NCBI GenBank assembly: GCA_015064385.1 | Contig: SVSI01000002.1 | Location: 65,315-129,314, forward strand | DNA length: 64,000 bases | From: Oscillospiraceae bacterium | GTDB taxonomy: Bacteria; Bacillota; Clostridia; Oscillospirales; CAG-272 | Direction: 5' to 3' | In this document: in pieces, positions 1 to 8,928 of the stretch | Layout of the letters: the number at the start of each line of letters is the position of its first letter | How positions within the stretch are numbered: position 1 is the first letter of the stretch | Made by a program: the position numbers and the translations under genes | Notes under the pieces: generated by a model | Seen by the model: the letters and a program-made list of their open reading frames with translations, nothing else | Database searches by the model: none | Told to the model about the DNA's origin: nothing

Positions 1-813
1 AGCGTATTTCGCTCCGCTGTAATATTTTACAAAGCCGATCGCGTTTTCGTCCTGAATATAGCTATCCTCATATCCGTACATAAAGCTTGCGTCCTGCTTC
101 GTGCCGTCCTCTTTGGTGAATTTTCCGTCCCTTACCTGATCCTTTGTGTACGGATCTATCCACTCGGCATCAAACGCAAGCGCATTAACGAGAAGCATTA
201 TCGATTGGTCGGAAATTTGGTCCAGAATTTCGGGGATCATACCGTCGGTCTTTCCGTTTACCCAGTTGTTTACGTCCTTCAGGGTACTATCGTCAAACGG
301 AGCTTTGTAAATATCCGCTTTGTAGTAATCCGCGTTCGTTTGCAGAAAATCTCCGTTCACGGTGAAACGGTCATCGTCTCTGAACCATATAGAATTTGCA
401 ACGGAAAGCTTGTATTTTTCACCCTGCGGGAGATTCTTCATATAGCTGTAAAGATACTCGTTCAGCTCACCCGTTCTCATTCCGAGCACACTTTCCATCT
501 CCGCAAGCGTTTCCTTTTCGGCTCCGTTTGCGGTCATAGACAACGCATAGAGCACAGAAAGCGGTGATATAAGCGTGTTTTCACCCTCCCTTGCGCTCGC
601 TTTGAAAAGTCGTAGTGCAAAATCGGCGGCACCCGTATTATGAGGCGTAATATCGGAAAGCTCCGAGACGTCTCTCGGCGTTATCCCGTCCATCAGATTT
701 TTGGCGTTTATTTTGCCGTCATCGTCCTTTTTGAGACAGCCGACCATACCGAGCGACATAGAGCAGGCAGCGACAAGACTTAACGCTCTTGTCAAAATTC
801 TTGATATTTTCAT
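1..813 (-). CDS. serpin-family protease inhibitor, lipoprotein precursor (C-terminus lies beyond the window edge)
   Basis: ATG at 813-811, with AGGAGG (complement of 821-826) 7 nt upstream. Own translation is MKISRILTRALSLVAACSMSLGMVGC (lipobox), then NTLISPLSVLYALSMTANGAEKETLAEMESVLG, SVANSIWF and LLVNALAFDAEW, which are serpin-like blocks. It is missing from the ORF track because it is open at the edge. Confidence 0.75.
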   Translation of the reverse strand, partial: MKISRILTRALSLVAACSMSLGMVGCLKKDDDGKINAKNLMDGITPRDVSELSDITPHNTGAADFALRLFKASAREGENTLISPLSVLYALSMTANGAEKETLAEMESVLGMRTGELNEYLYSYMKNLPQGEKYKLSVANSIWFRDDDRFTVNGDFLQTNADYYKADIYKAPFDDSTLKDVNNWVNGKTDGMIPEILDQISDQSIMLLVNALAFDAEWIDPYTKDQVRDGKFTKEDGTKQDASFMYGYEDSYIQDENAIGFVKYYSGAKYA

Positions 814-980
814 TTCAGATCCTCCTTGTCGGTATTTATTATCTCTGTTTTTATAATATCATACGCACAAAATATTGTCAATAGCAGCAACATTTTATCT
901 TAAAATTCCCTTTTCTATTGCTTTTTTCGTATAATGGGTGTATAATTACGTTAGTACAAACCTGTGTCTTGGAGCTTGTT

Positions 981-1667
981 ATGTTCAAATACGAAACGCA
1001 TCTTCATACCGCACCCGTGAGCAAATGCGCGCGGGCAACTGTCAGGGAATCGCTCGAATTCTACAAAAACCTCGGATACGACGGTGTTTTTCTCACAAAT
1101 CATTTTATTGACGGCAACTTCAGCGGAGACCGCTCGCTCTCCTATGCGGATCAGATCGAGTTCTACTTTTCGGACTACGAGAGCGCTCTCGAGATCGGAA
1201 AAGAGCTCGGGATCAAGGTCTTTTTCGGTGCGGAGATATCCTACGCAGGAACGGATTTTCTCGTTTACGGACTTGATAAAAAATGGTTTCTTTCACACCC
1301 CGAAATAATGAAGATGAGAAAGAGTGAAGAGCTTGCATTCCTTATGCAAAACGGCGCACTTATAATACAGGCACACCCGTTTCGTGAGGGATCGTATATA
1401 GACCACATCCGACTTTTTCCCCGCCTCGTTCACGGAGTTGAAGTAATAAACGCGTGCCGTACCGAGCTTGAAAACGAAATGGCGAAGCTGTACGCCGAAA
1501 AATATTCTCTCCGCTTCTTTGCGGGAAGTGACAACCACCGAGCCCATCTCCAGACCGCGCTTGCCGGTATTTGTACGGATGAACCGATCTCAAGTGAGCT
1601 TGATTTTATCGAGAAATACCTCGGTGGCGAAACGAAACTATTTTCTGTAAAACTAAGTGAAGGATAA
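981..1667 (+). CDS. PHP-domain metal-dependent phosphoesterase
   Basis: MFKYETHLHTAPVSKCA... carries the HxH motif of the PHP fold, and QAHPFR and GSDNH lie later. ATG 981 follows GGAG at 971-974. The track start at 918 is a TTG with no RBS. Confidence 0.7.
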   Translation: MFKYETHLHTAPVSKCARATVRESLEFYKNLGYDGVFLTNHFIDGNFSGDRSLSYADQIEFYFSDYESALEIGKELGIKVFFGAEISYAGTDFLVYGLDKKWFLSHPEIMKMRKSEELAFLMQNGALIIQAHPFREGSYIDHIRLFPRLVHGVEVINACRTELENEMAKLYAEKYSLRFFAGSDNHRAHLQTALAGICTDEPISSELDFIEKYLGGETKLFSVKLSEG

Positions 1668-1671
1668 TAAT

Positions 1672-2472
1672 ATGTACGACTATCACATGCACAGTTGCGT
1701 CTCCTTTGACTCGGAGGCAACGCCCGAAGAGATGGTGCGCGCCGCAGAGAGCGCGGGACTTTCGGAAATATGCTTTACCGATCACTACGATTTCAACGAT
1801 CTCACGGGCGAGGCGGCGTATCCGTTTACAATCGAAAATTACCGCATCGCCTACGAAAAGCTGCGCTCGGACAAGATCAAGATCCGCCGCGGTGTTGAGT
1901 TCGGTCTTACTCCGAAAAATCAGGCGGAGCTCTCCCGACTGCTTGGATCATACAGCTTTGATTTCGTTATCGGATCGATCCACTACGTACACGGAAGCGA
2001 TCCCTACTACCCGGAATTCTGGAGCGGTCTTGACAGCGCGGACAAGGCGTTTGAAAAGTATCTTCTGCATATACTTGACTGCGTATCCGCTCACAGCGAT
2101 TTCGACGTTCTCGGACACTTAAATTACGTTTGCAGATACGTCAGCCGTTCTCCGCACGGGCTTGATAAAAAGTACCTTAATTACGGTGATTTCAGCGACA
2201 TCTGTGACGAGATATTCAAGGCCCTTATAAAAAAAGGCAAGGGACTGGAGATAAACACGAGCGGCTACGACGATTACGGCGAGTTCATACCATCTATCGC
2301 ATTTATCAAAAGATTTCGCGAGCTCGGAGGCGAGATAATTACCGTCGGCTCGGACGCGCACTTTCCTTCGCGCGTTGGCGAAAGAATTACAGAGGCGACC
2401 GAGATCGCAAAGGATATTTTCGGCTACGTTTGCACCTTTGAAAACAGAAAGCCGATTTTTCACAAGCTATAA
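1672..2472 (+). CDS. histidinol-phosphatase HisJ/HisK-family PHP protein
   Basis: MYDYHMHSCVSFDS..ICFTDHYDF..GSIHY..LGHLNY..GSDAH is the typical HisJ-family PHP motif order. GAAGGA lies 8 nt before ATG 1672. Confidence 0.75.
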   Translation: MYDYHMHSCVSFDSEATPEEMVRAAESAGLSEICFTDHYDFNDLTGEAAYPFTIENYRIAYEKLRSDKIKIRRGVEFGLTPKNQAELSRLLGSYSFDFVIGSIHYVHGSDPYYPEFWSGLDSADKAFEKYLLHILDCVSAHSDFDVLGHLNYVCRYVSRSPHGLDKKYLNYGDFSDICDEIFKALIKKGKGLEINTSGYDDYGEFIPSIAFIKRFRELGGEIITVGSDAHFPSRVGERITEATEIAKDIFGYVCTFENRKPIFHKL

Positions 2473-2473
2473 A

Positions 2474-2507
2474 AGAAATCGCTCACGGGATCCGTGAGCG
2501 ATCTTTT
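2474..2507. terminator. bidirectional intrinsic terminator between convergent genes
   Basis: Hairpin ATCGCTCACGG-GAT-CCGTGAGCGAT (2478-2502), flanked by an A-run upstream and a T-run downstream. Confidence 0.75.
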
Positions 2508-3991
2508 TATTTGTGATAAAGCTTTTTCGTCTGATATTCGGGACTGCAGGTGACGTTTGCGCCAAGCTTATTAAACACGTTTTCGTCAACCTTTGAGAGT
2601 ATCACGGTAGAATGTACCTCGCTCTTTTTGAGCATATCGACCGCCTTCAGCGCTTTCTTTGCGTTCTCGTCGGTCGCGGCACATATTGCAAGCGCGATAA
2701 GCACCTCGTCGGTATGAAGACGTGGATTTCGATTTCCCATGTGACTTACCTTAAGCTCCTGTATCGGCTCGATAACCGTAGGAGAGATAAGGTGTATCTC
2801 GTCGTCTATTCCCGCAAGAGTTTTAAGAGCGTTGAGCAGAGCGGCAGACGATGCACCGAGAAGAGAGGTCGTTTTTCCGGTCACCACTCTTCCGTCGGGA
2901 AGCTCTATGGCAACTGCAGGACTCTGCGTCCTTTCGGCAACGCTTGCTGCGGCGACGCACGGCTTTCTCGTTTCGGTAGAAATATCAAGCGTGCTCATTA
3001 AAAGCTCGAGCTTTGATATTTCACCCGACGACGCAAGTCCCTGCTTATATGCACAGCAGGTCTTAAGATACCTGCGAACTATCTCCGCCTTTGATGCGGT
3101 GCATACTGCGTCGTTATCGATTATAGCGTCACCCGCCATATTTACGCCCATATCGGTCGGGCTCTTATAGGGGCAATATCCGAAAATCTTATTGAACATC
3201 GCCTCGAGAACGGGGTAGATTTCTATATCTCTGTTGTAGTTTACAGTAGTCTTTCCGTACGCTTCAAGATGGAAGGGGTCTATCATATTGACGTCGTTAA
3301 GATCTGCAGTTGCCGCCTCGTATGCAAGGTTTACGGGATGCTTTAGCGGCAGATTCCACACCGGGAAGGTCTCGAATTTGGCATATCCCGAGCGGATACC
3401 TCTTTTATTGTCGTGATAAAGCTGTGACAGGCAGGTTGCCATCTTTCCGCTTCCCGGACCGGGCGCGGTAACGACGACGAGCGAGCGGCTCGTTTCTATG
3501 TAATCGTTTCTTCCGAATCCCTCGTCGCTTACGATAAGCGGAATATTCGACGGGTAATCGGGAATTGTATAATGCTTATACACCTTAATGCCGAGAGAAA
3601 CAAGACGCTTTTCAAAAAGGTCTGCCGCGCGTTGGGACTCGTACTGCGTAATAACGACGCTTCCTACGTACAGTCCGATACCGCCAAAGGCGTCAAGAAG
3701 GCGAAGGAGCTCCTGATCGTAGGTGATTCCGAGATCTCCCCTTCTTTTATTTTTGGCAATGGCGTCTGCGCTGATAACGATGACTATCTCTGCCTGATCC
3801 TTGAGCTCAAGAAGCATCTTGACCTTACTGTCGGGCTCAAAGCCGGGGAGAACTCTCGATGCGTGATTATCGTCGAAAAGCTTGCCGCCGAACTCGAGGT
3901 AAAGCTTTCCGCCGAAATAGTCGATACGCTCCTTTATCTTTGCAGACTGAAGCTCTATGTATTTTTCATTGTCAAATCCTTTTTGAAACAT
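2507..3991 (-). CDS. DUF1846 / UPF0371 family protein
   Basis: MFQKGFDNEKYIELQSAKIKERIDYFGGKLYLEFGGKLFDDNHASRVLPGFEPDSK is the characteristic N-terminus of UPF0371. The start is moved to the conserved MFQ, 19 codons inside the track ORF. Confidence 0.8.
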   Translation of the reverse strand: MFQKGFDNEKYIELQSAKIKERIDYFGGKLYLEFGGKLFDDNHASRVLPGFEPDSKVKMLLELKDQAEIVIVISADAIAKNKRRGDLGITYDQELLRLLDAFGGIGLYVGSVVITQYESQRAADLFEKRLVSLGIKVYKHYTIPDYPSNIPLIVSDEGFGRNDYIETSRSLVVVTAPGPGSGKMATCLSQLYHDNKRGIRSGYAKFETFPVWNLPLKHPVNLAYEAATADLNDVNMIDPFHLEAYGKTTVNYNRDIEIYPVLEAMFNKIFGYCPYKSPTDMGVNMAGDAIIDNDAVCTASKAEIVRRYLKTCCAYKQGLASSGEISKLELLMSTLDISTETRKPCVAAASVAERTQSPAVAIELPDGRVVTGKTTSLLGASSAALLNALKTLAGIDDEIHLISPTVIEPIQELKVSHMGNRNPRLHTDEVLIALAICAATDENAKKALKAVDMLKKSEVHSTVILSKVDENVFNKLGANVTCSPEYQTKKLYHK

Positions 3992-4127
3992 AATACGCCT
4001 CGGTAATTGATTATTTGATAAATACTTTATAATTATATCACAAAGCATCTCACAAAATCAATATCGTTTTTGATTTTTTCACTTGACAATTTCAACAAAT
4101 TTTCACGCCGTTTTTTGATATATCCAA

Positions 4128-4976
4128 CTATTCGGCAAGATTTTTGTATTTTCCCGGTGTCATTCCGACGTTTTTCTTAAAAACTCTCATAAACGCCGAG
4201 TAGTCGCCAAAGCCGCACATAGATGCGGTCTCGCTGACGCTATGTCCGCTCGCAAGCAGCTTTTTCGCCTCGCTTATACGCTTGGAGACTATATATTTCG
4301 CAACTGTCGTTCCACAGTATTTTGAGAAAAGACGGCAAAGCTGATTGACCGACAGATACGCGCTTCTTGCCACCTTATCGAGCGTAAGCGGAGCGTTATA
4401 GTTTGCGTTTATATAGTCGATAGCAAGGCGGACGGCTTCGCTTGACGAGGCACTTGAAACGTCCTCGCTCGTCATAAAAGCTCTGTTTATCTCAACGAGT
4501 ATTTCTATCATTATCTGGCGCTTAAGCAGATCGTCTCCATATCCGAAATCTCCGCCGAGAAGCTCTATCTTCCCTTTTAATTTTTCCGCCGCCTCGGCAG
4601 GCAGAGAACGTCTGTGGTCAAAGCCGCCCTCGTGCGGGTAAAAGCACTTTGCAAGATCGGTCTTGCCACTTGACTGCCCGTAGATAAACTCAGGACTTAT
4701 TTGAAAAACATAGCGCTCGAATTTTTCGTCCTCGCGGTAGGTTATCTTATGTCCCTCGTACTGATTTATAACGAAAACATCGTTTGGCGAAACGTCGTAA
4801 AGCTGACCGCCGATAAGAAAGTTTTTTCCCCCCGAAAGACAGAAAAATATCTCGCAGCATTCGTGTATATGTATCGCAGGATCGGGATTTGACGACTCTG
4901 AATGGTAGAGTGCGAAGCTCTTCCTTTCACCCGCGTACGCAATCGCCTTCGAGCAGCTTTCGAACATACATTTCAT
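4128..4976 (-). CDS. AraC-family transcriptional regulator (cupin sensor plus HTH)
   Basis: N-terminal cupin-like HIHECCEIFFCLSGG. C-terminal AraC HTH (LTLDKVARSAYLSVNQLCRLFSKYCGTT...FGDYSAFMRVFKKNVGMTPGKY). Divergent from the kdu operon. Confidence 0.85.
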   Translation of the reverse strand: MKCMFESCSKAIAYAGERKSFALYHSESSNPDPAIHIHECCEIFFCLSGGKNFLIGGQLYDVSPNDVFVINQYEGHKITYREDEKFERYVFQISPEFIYGQSSGKTDLAKCFYPHEGGFDHRRSLPAEAAEKLKGKIELLGGDFGYGDDLLKRQIMIEILVEINRAFMTSEDVSSASSSEAVRLAIDYINANYNAPLTLDKVARSAYLSVNQLCRLFSKYCGTTVAKYIVSKRISEAKKLLASGHSVSETASMCGFGDYSAFMRVFKKNVGMTPGKYKNLAE

Positions 4977-5065
4977 AGCGTTTCTCCTTTAATCGTCTCT
5001 TTATTTAACAGTATAACATATAATGGTGAGAATTGCAACATTTTAGTTGATTTTTGCTATTTTTT

Positions 5066-5093
5066 TTGCAGTTATTGTATGCTATACTATAAT
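5066..5093 (+). promoter_or_regulatory. sigma-A type promoter of the kdu/GH88 operon
   Basis: TTGCAG (5066-5071), 16-nt spacer, TATAAT (5088-5093), about 70 nt upstream of ATG 5162. Confidence 0.5.
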
Positions 5094-5161
5094 TAAACAA
5101 TGTGGGTAACGATACCCTTTCGGTATTTTCCGAAGAACGATCTTAAAAAGGAGGTTATTTT

Positions 5162-6838
5162 ATGCTGACACTCAAAATAACAGACACCGCGGGCAAGGTG
5201 CTGTTTGAGGAAAAAGGTATGAACATCGACACCTGTTACGACGGTGCACTTGAAGCGGGATACCGCATAAGAGTAAATCTGAGTAACTGCGAGTTCATTG
5301 CCGTAAAGCTCGATCCCACCCTTGCCGAAAGCATCGTTTGGGTGCCTAACAAAAGCTTTGATTTCATAGTTCCCGACGCTTCGCAGCGCCGTGCCTGCTA
5401 TGCTCCCGGAGCTTTTGCGGGAGACAAACACCCCATAACCGTGCGCGAGCCCGAGGACGACGAGATATACGCTTACCGTCAGATCTCTCTCAACTCCCAC
5501 GACCGTCACGGACCGATGCGCTTTTTCCCGCACGCAAGTGCAAACTTCGTCACCCGTGAAGAGCCCTGCTTTTACGAAAGAAACGCCATCGACGGCGTTG
5601 TAAACAACCAGGGACACGGATCTTACCCCTATCACTCGTGGGCAGGCGGAGCCCGCAACGATCTCGAATGGACGCTCGACTTCGGTCGCGACGTTGAGAT
5701 CGACAAGCTCGTTTTCTTCCTTCGTGCAGACTTCGCGCACGATCCCAAGACAGGCATCCCGCACGACTCCTACTGGAAGTCGATCGACATCGAATTCTCG
5801 GACGGAGAGATAATAAAGGGCGAGTTTAAGCTCGACGGAAGCGATCTCAACCCCGAAAACTCAAACGGTATTGCTATCGAATTCGAAAAGAAGATAACAC
5901 GCACCATTCACCTATTCAATTTCACACAGGTTACCGAACAACTGTCTTTCGCCGCTCTTACGCAGCTGCAGGTATTCGGAAGCTATATTAAGGAGGATTT
6001 AAGTAAAATGGAAGTACGCCAGGCATCTAACGCAAAAGACGTTAAGCACTACACAACGGAGCGCCTCCGCGAGGAGTTCCACATCGCAAACCTTTTCACT
6101 AAGGACAACATCAGAATGGTTTACAGCCACATCGACCGCATCATCACTGCAGGACTTATGCCCGTTCGTCAAGTTCTCAAGCTTGAGGCAGGCAAGGAGC
6201 TTGCTGCTGCATATTTCCTTGAAAGACGCGAGATGGGTTGTATCAACATCGGCGGCAAGGGTATCATTACCGTTGACGGCGTTGAATACGTTCTCAGTCC
6301 CCGCGACGGACTTTACGTCGGTATGGGCAACAAGGACATCACCTTCAAGAGCTGTGACGAGAACGATCCCGCAAAGTTCTACGTAAGCTCCTGCCCCGCT
6401 CACACCAGCTACCCCACCGTTCACATTGACATTGCAAAGGCAAACAAGCGTCCTCTCGGAAGCGTTGAGCAGTGCAACAAGAGAGTTATCAACCAGTACA
6501 TCCATCCCGCAGTTCTTAAGACCTGCCAGCTTTCGATGGGTCTTACTCAGCTCGACGTCGGATCGAACTGGAACACCATGCCCTGCCACACTCACGACAG
6601 ACGTATGGAGGTTTACCTCTACCTTGATATGGAAGAAAACGACGTCGTATTCCATATGATGGGCGAGCCCACCGAGACCAGACATATCATTATGCACAAC
6701 GAAGAGGCAGTTATCTCTCCCTCGTGGTCGATCCACTCCGGCGTAGGTACCAAGAACTACTCGTTCATCTGGGCTATGTGCGGCGAAAACCAGGATTTCG
6801 ACGATATGGACCACATCGAAACCAAAGACCTTCTGTAA
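5162..6838 (+). CDS. continuous 558-aa ORF: discoidin/galactose-binding-like domain (aa 1-282) read in frame into KduI
   Basis: AAGGAGG at 5148-5154, 7 nt before ATG 5162. The N-terminal part ends ...AALTQLQVFGSY, like an F5/8 type C domain end. There is no in-frame stop before the kduI ATG at 6008. Confidence 0.6.
   Translation: MLTLKITDTAGKVLFEEKGMNIDTCYDGALEAGYRIRVNLSNCEFIAVKLDPTLAESIVWVPNKSFDFIVPDASQRRACYAPGAFAGDKHPITVREPEDDEIYAYRQISLNSHDRHGPMRFFPHASANFVTREEPCFYERNAIDGVVNNQGHGSYPYHSWAGGARNDLEWTLDFGRDVEIDKLVFFLRADFAHDPKTGIPHDSYWKSIDIEFSDGEIIKGEFKLDGSDLNPENSNGIAIEFEKKITRTIHLFNFTQVTEQLSFAALTQLQVFGSYIKEDLSKMEVRQASNAKDVKHYTTERLREEFHIANLFTKDNIRMVYSHIDRIITAGLMPVRQVLKLEAGKELAAAYFLERREMGCINIGGKGIITVDGVEYVLSPRDGLYVGMGNKDITFKSCDENDPAKFYVSSCPAHTSYPTVHIDIAKANKRPLGSVEQCNKRVINQYIHPAVLKTCQLSMGLTQLDVGSNWNTMPCHTHDRRMEVYLYLDMEENDVVFHMMGEPTETRHIIMHNEEAVISPSWSIHSGVGTKNYSFIWAMCGENQDFDDMDHIETKDLL
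6008..6838 (+). CDS. kduI: 5-dehydro-4-deoxy-D-glucuronate isomerase (KduI) portion with its own RBS
   Basis: The 276-aa segment MEVRQASNAKDVKHYTTERLREEFHIANLF...MPCHTHDRRMEVYLY...WSIHSG has KduI length and cupin motifs. AAGGAGG at 5990-5996 lies 11 nt upstream of ATG 6008. kduD follows. Confidence 0.8.
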   Translation: MEVRQASNAKDVKHYTTERLREEFHIANLFTKDNIRMVYSHIDRIITAGLMPVRQVLKLEAGKELAAAYFLERREMGCINIGGKGIITVDGVEYVLSPRDGLYVGMGNKDITFKSCDENDPAKFYVSSCPAHTSYPTVHIDIAKANKRPLGSVEQCNKRVINQYIHPAVLKTCQLSMGLTQLDVGSNWNTMPCHTHDRRMEVYLYLDMEENDVVFHMMGEPTETRHIIMHNEEAVISPSWSIHSGVGTKNYSFIWAMCGENQDFDDMDHIETKDLL

Positions 6839-6885
6839 TTCCAAATAATTAAAGATAATCAAGTAATTAAAGGAGACAAACAAAA

Positions 6886-7692
6886 ATGGCAAGCGAAAAG
6901 AACTTCAGCCTTCAGGGCAAAATAGCTCTTGTTACGGGAGCTTCCTACGGAATCGGCTACGCTATCGCAAAGGGTATGGCTGCTGCCGGTGCAAAAATAG
7001 TTTTCAACGATATAAAGCAGGAATTTGTTGACAAAGGTCTTGCTTCCTACAAGGCAGACGGAATCGATGCTATCGGATACGTTTGCGACGTTACAGACGA
7101 GGACGCAGTCAACGCAATGGTTGCTACCATCGAAAAAGAAGTAGGCGTCATCGACATTCTCGTAAACAACGCAGGAATCATCAAGAGAATTCCCATGATT
7201 GAAATGAAGGCGTCCGAGTTCAGACAGGTAATCGACGTTGACCTCAACGCACCTTTCATCGTGTCAAAGGCCGTTATCCCCTCCATGATAAAGAAGGGCG
7301 CAGGAAAGATCATAAACATCTGCTCTATGATGAGCGAATTCGGACGTGAGACCGTTTCTGCATACGCTTCTGCAAAGGGCGGACTCAAGATGCTCACCAG
7401 AAATATTGCTTCCGAGTACGGTCAGTACAACATTCAGTGCAACGGTATCGGACCCGGTTACATTGCAACTCCTCAGACCGCACCTCTCCGCGAACCTCAG
7501 GCAGACGGTTCCAAGCATCCTTTCGATAGCTTCATTACCGAAACCAAGACTCCCGCAGGCAGATGGGGCGATCCCGAAGACCTTGCAGGTCCTGCAGTAT
7601 TCCTCGCTTCTACCGCTTCCGATTTCGTAAACGGACAGATTCTTTACGTTGACGGCGGTATTCAGGCATACTTCGGAAAGCAGCCCGGCTAA
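6886..7692 (+). CDS. kduD: 2-dehydro-3-deoxy-D-gluconate 5-dehydrogenase / gluconate 5-dehydrogenase-type SDR
   Basis: SDR motifs TGASYGIG, NNAG and YxxxK (YASAKGG). It lies immediately downstream of kduI. Confidence 0.8.
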   Translation: MASEKNFSLQGKIALVTGASYGIGYAIAKGMAAAGAKIVFNDIKQEFVDKGLASYKADGIDAIGYVCDVTDEDAVNAMVATIEKEVGVIDILVNNAGIIKRIPMIEMKASEFRQVIDVDLNAPFIVSKAVIPSMIKKGAGKIINICSMMSEFGRETVSAYASAKGGLKMLTRNIASEYGQYNIQCNGIGPGYIATPQTAPLREPQADGSKHPFDSFITETKTPAGRWGDPEDLAGPAVFLASTASDFVNGQILYVDGGIQAYFGKQPG

Positions 7693-7742
7693 GATCAAAT
7701 AACAAAAAAAGGGGCAGCCCCTGCCCCTTTAAGGAGTTACCT

Positions 7743-8897
7743 ATGTTTTACGAGAATTATATTGAGAAAAACAAAGCTTGGATCGACGAAACGTTTGAAA
7801 AGCTCGATAAAAAGCTCGCACGCGTAGCAGTTAAAAGCCGTGACAAGATCCCATATACCACCGTTGACGGAGTTCACAACGATCAGTCACAGGATAATAA
7901 GATCTTCGGCTGGACCAACGGCTTCTGGGGCGGACTTATGTGGATAATGTACGAGCAGACCGGAAACGAGGAGTACAAAAAGACTGCCCTTCGCTCCGAG
8001 GAGCTTATGGACAAGGCGTTTTATGACGTTCAGCGCTTCCACCACGACGTTGGCTTTATGTGGCACATCCTCTCAGGTGCAAATTATCGCCTCACCGGAG
8101 ATACGGCCGCACGCAACCGCAACCTTCTTGCGGCAATGACGCTCGCTTCGAGATATAAGGAAAACGGCGGATATATCCGCGCATGGAACGGCACTTGGTT
8201 CGGCCGCAACAACGACGGCTGGACTATCATCGACTGTATGATGAATATTCCACAGCTTTTCTGGGCGTCAAAGGAGCTCGGCGACGACCGTTTTGCACAG
8301 ATCGCTATGGCTCACGCCGATATGGCAATGCGTGATCACGTACGCGAGGACGGCTCGATGAACCACATCGTAGTTCACGACGTTGAAACGGGTGAGATGA
8401 TCGAATCGCTCGGCGGACAGGGCTACGGCGTTGGCTCTACCTGGTCGCGCGGCGAGGCGTGGGGACTTTACGGATTCGTACTTGCCTATATGCACACGGG
8501 CGAGGAGCGTTATCTTGACACCGCAAAGAAGATCGCTCACTACTTTATCGCAAACGTAGCAGATAACGATTATCTCCCGCTGGTTGACTTCAGAGCTCCC
8601 GAAGAGCCGGTGCTTTACGACTCTACGGCGGGCGTTATCGCGGCGTGCGGACTTATCGATATCGCAAAGAACGTCCCCGAGCACGAGCAAAAGCTCTACA
8701 TCTCCGCGGCAATAAAGATTCTTAAGGCGACGGAAGAAAAATTCTGCAACTGGGAAGAAAACGAGGATTCTATCCTTCAAATGGGTACCGAGATGTACAC
8801 AAAGGGTATTCATATGCCGATAATCTACGGTGACTATTTCTTCGCAGAAGCTATCTCCAAGCTTAAGGGCTCGGAGTTTAATCCTTGGCTTAAATAA
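7743..8897 (+). CDS. GH88 unsaturated glucuronyl hydrolase, copy 1
   Basis: WTNGFWGGLMW, HHDVGFMW, IIDCMMNIP, STWSRGEAWGLYGF and GDYFFAEA are conserved blocks of GH88 (UGL) enzymes. Confidence 0.85.
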   Translation: MFYENYIEKNKAWIDETFEKLDKKLARVAVKSRDKIPYTTVDGVHNDQSQDNKIFGWTNGFWGGLMWIMYEQTGNEEYKKTALRSEELMDKAFYDVQRFHHDVGFMWHILSGANYRLTGDTAARNRNLLAAMTLASRYKENGGYIRAWNGTWFGRNNDGWTIIDCMMNIPQLFWASKELGDDRFAQIAMAHADMAMRDHVREDGSMNHIVVHDVETGEMIESLGGQGYGVGSTWSRGEAWGLYGFVLAYMHTGEERYLDTAKKIAHYFIANVADNDYLPLVDFRAPEEPVLYDSTAGVIAACGLIDIAKNVPEHEQKLYISAAIKILKATEEKFCNWEENEDSILQMGTEMYTKGIHMPIIYGDYFFAEAISKLKGSEFNPWLK

Positions 8898-8928
8898 AAT
8901 TTAGTAATATCTTTTAAGGAGAAACACA

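Noticed and set aside
205-567. 120-aa + strand ORF at the left edge
   Set aside because: It is antisense to the serpin ORF, which has a signal peptide, an RBS and family motifs.
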